DNA of 64,000 bases from NCBI RefSeq assembly GCF_964204645.1, contig NC_134026.1, forward strand, positions 30,228,150-30,292,149, given 5' to 3'. The notes beneath the pieces are model-generated. The model worked only from the letters and a program-made list of their open reading frames with translations, was not told the DNA's origin and searched no databases. How positions within the stretch are numbered: the first letter of the stretch is position 1; the number at the start of each line of letters is the position of its first letter. Source of the stretch: Tubulanus polymorphus (Eukaryota > Animalia > Nemertea). Shown here one piece after another: positions 63,505-64,000 of this stretch. The position numbers and the translations under genes were made by a program.

Positions 63505-63598
63505 TCTATAGATAGATATATAAACTCGAATCCACTCATCACAGTTTTATGAATTCTCAGTGTTGTGATGTTTGTAACAACTTTCTATAGTATGTTAG

Positions 63599-63827
63599 CA
63601 GTCGCGGATCTAGGGGGTCTAATGGGCCTTGTACAACAGCCCTCATATATTTAGAGTTGCCCTTTTTCTGAATGAATCTTACTACTTGGGAATAATACAA
63701 AAATACTAGGCCATCCACAAATGTTCAAAAGTGAAGCCTTGATAATAGTACACATCCAAATATTTCTCTTCAATGATCAAAAATGTGACGCAAGGCCTTC
63801 AAAGTAGTCCCTTTAGATCCGCCCCTG
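63599..63827. mobile_element. About 230-bp MITE-like element
   Basis: TIRs cagtcgcggatcta / tagatccgcccctg (12/14); a related terminus caggggtagatcta occurs near 4617. Confidence 0.55.
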
Positions 63828-64000
63828 ATTAGATACTTGGTTTCACTTAAACAACCAACTGTTAAAGATTTCTCTGTCAATTCTTCTATTGTTGATGATT
63901 TGTTCACTTTTTTGCGATCGATAATTTGAAAATGAAAGATGTTTTTGATGATTGAAACCAAGGGTTGGGTAGATTAGATAATTAGTATAGCACATTCCAG

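Overview
Eukaryotic, AT-rich, intron-containing genomic DNA from an invertebrate bilaterian (probably a lophotrochozoan; this is inference and the species cannot be determined from sequence alone). Most entries in the ORF track are spurious or are single exons, so I assembled gene models by hand from GT-AG boundaries and reading frames. In order: a small orphan coiled-coil gene (-); a large multi-exon ROCO gene with the architecture NHR(Neuralized)-Roc-COR-Death-TIR and a C-terminal CaaX box (+); a divergent profilin that appears to have four alternative, phase-matched N-terminal coding exons (+); a single-exon GT31 beta-1,3-glycosyltransferase (+); a secreted TSP1-TSP1-PAN-like-Ig-Ig-trypsin protease (-); a secreted SVWC+ShKT protein (+); an aminergic GPCR with a non-canonical ligand pocket (+); the Vax homeobox gene (-); PCGF3/5 (-); and, divergently, acetyl-CoA synthetase ACSS2 (+). 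Non-coding features include two Penelope-like-element remnants carrying minimal hammerhead ribozymes (one intronic, one in a perfect 151-bp inverted repeat), several MITE families, intronic minisatellites and a 60-bp-arm hairpin. All domain calls come from motif recognition, not database searches.
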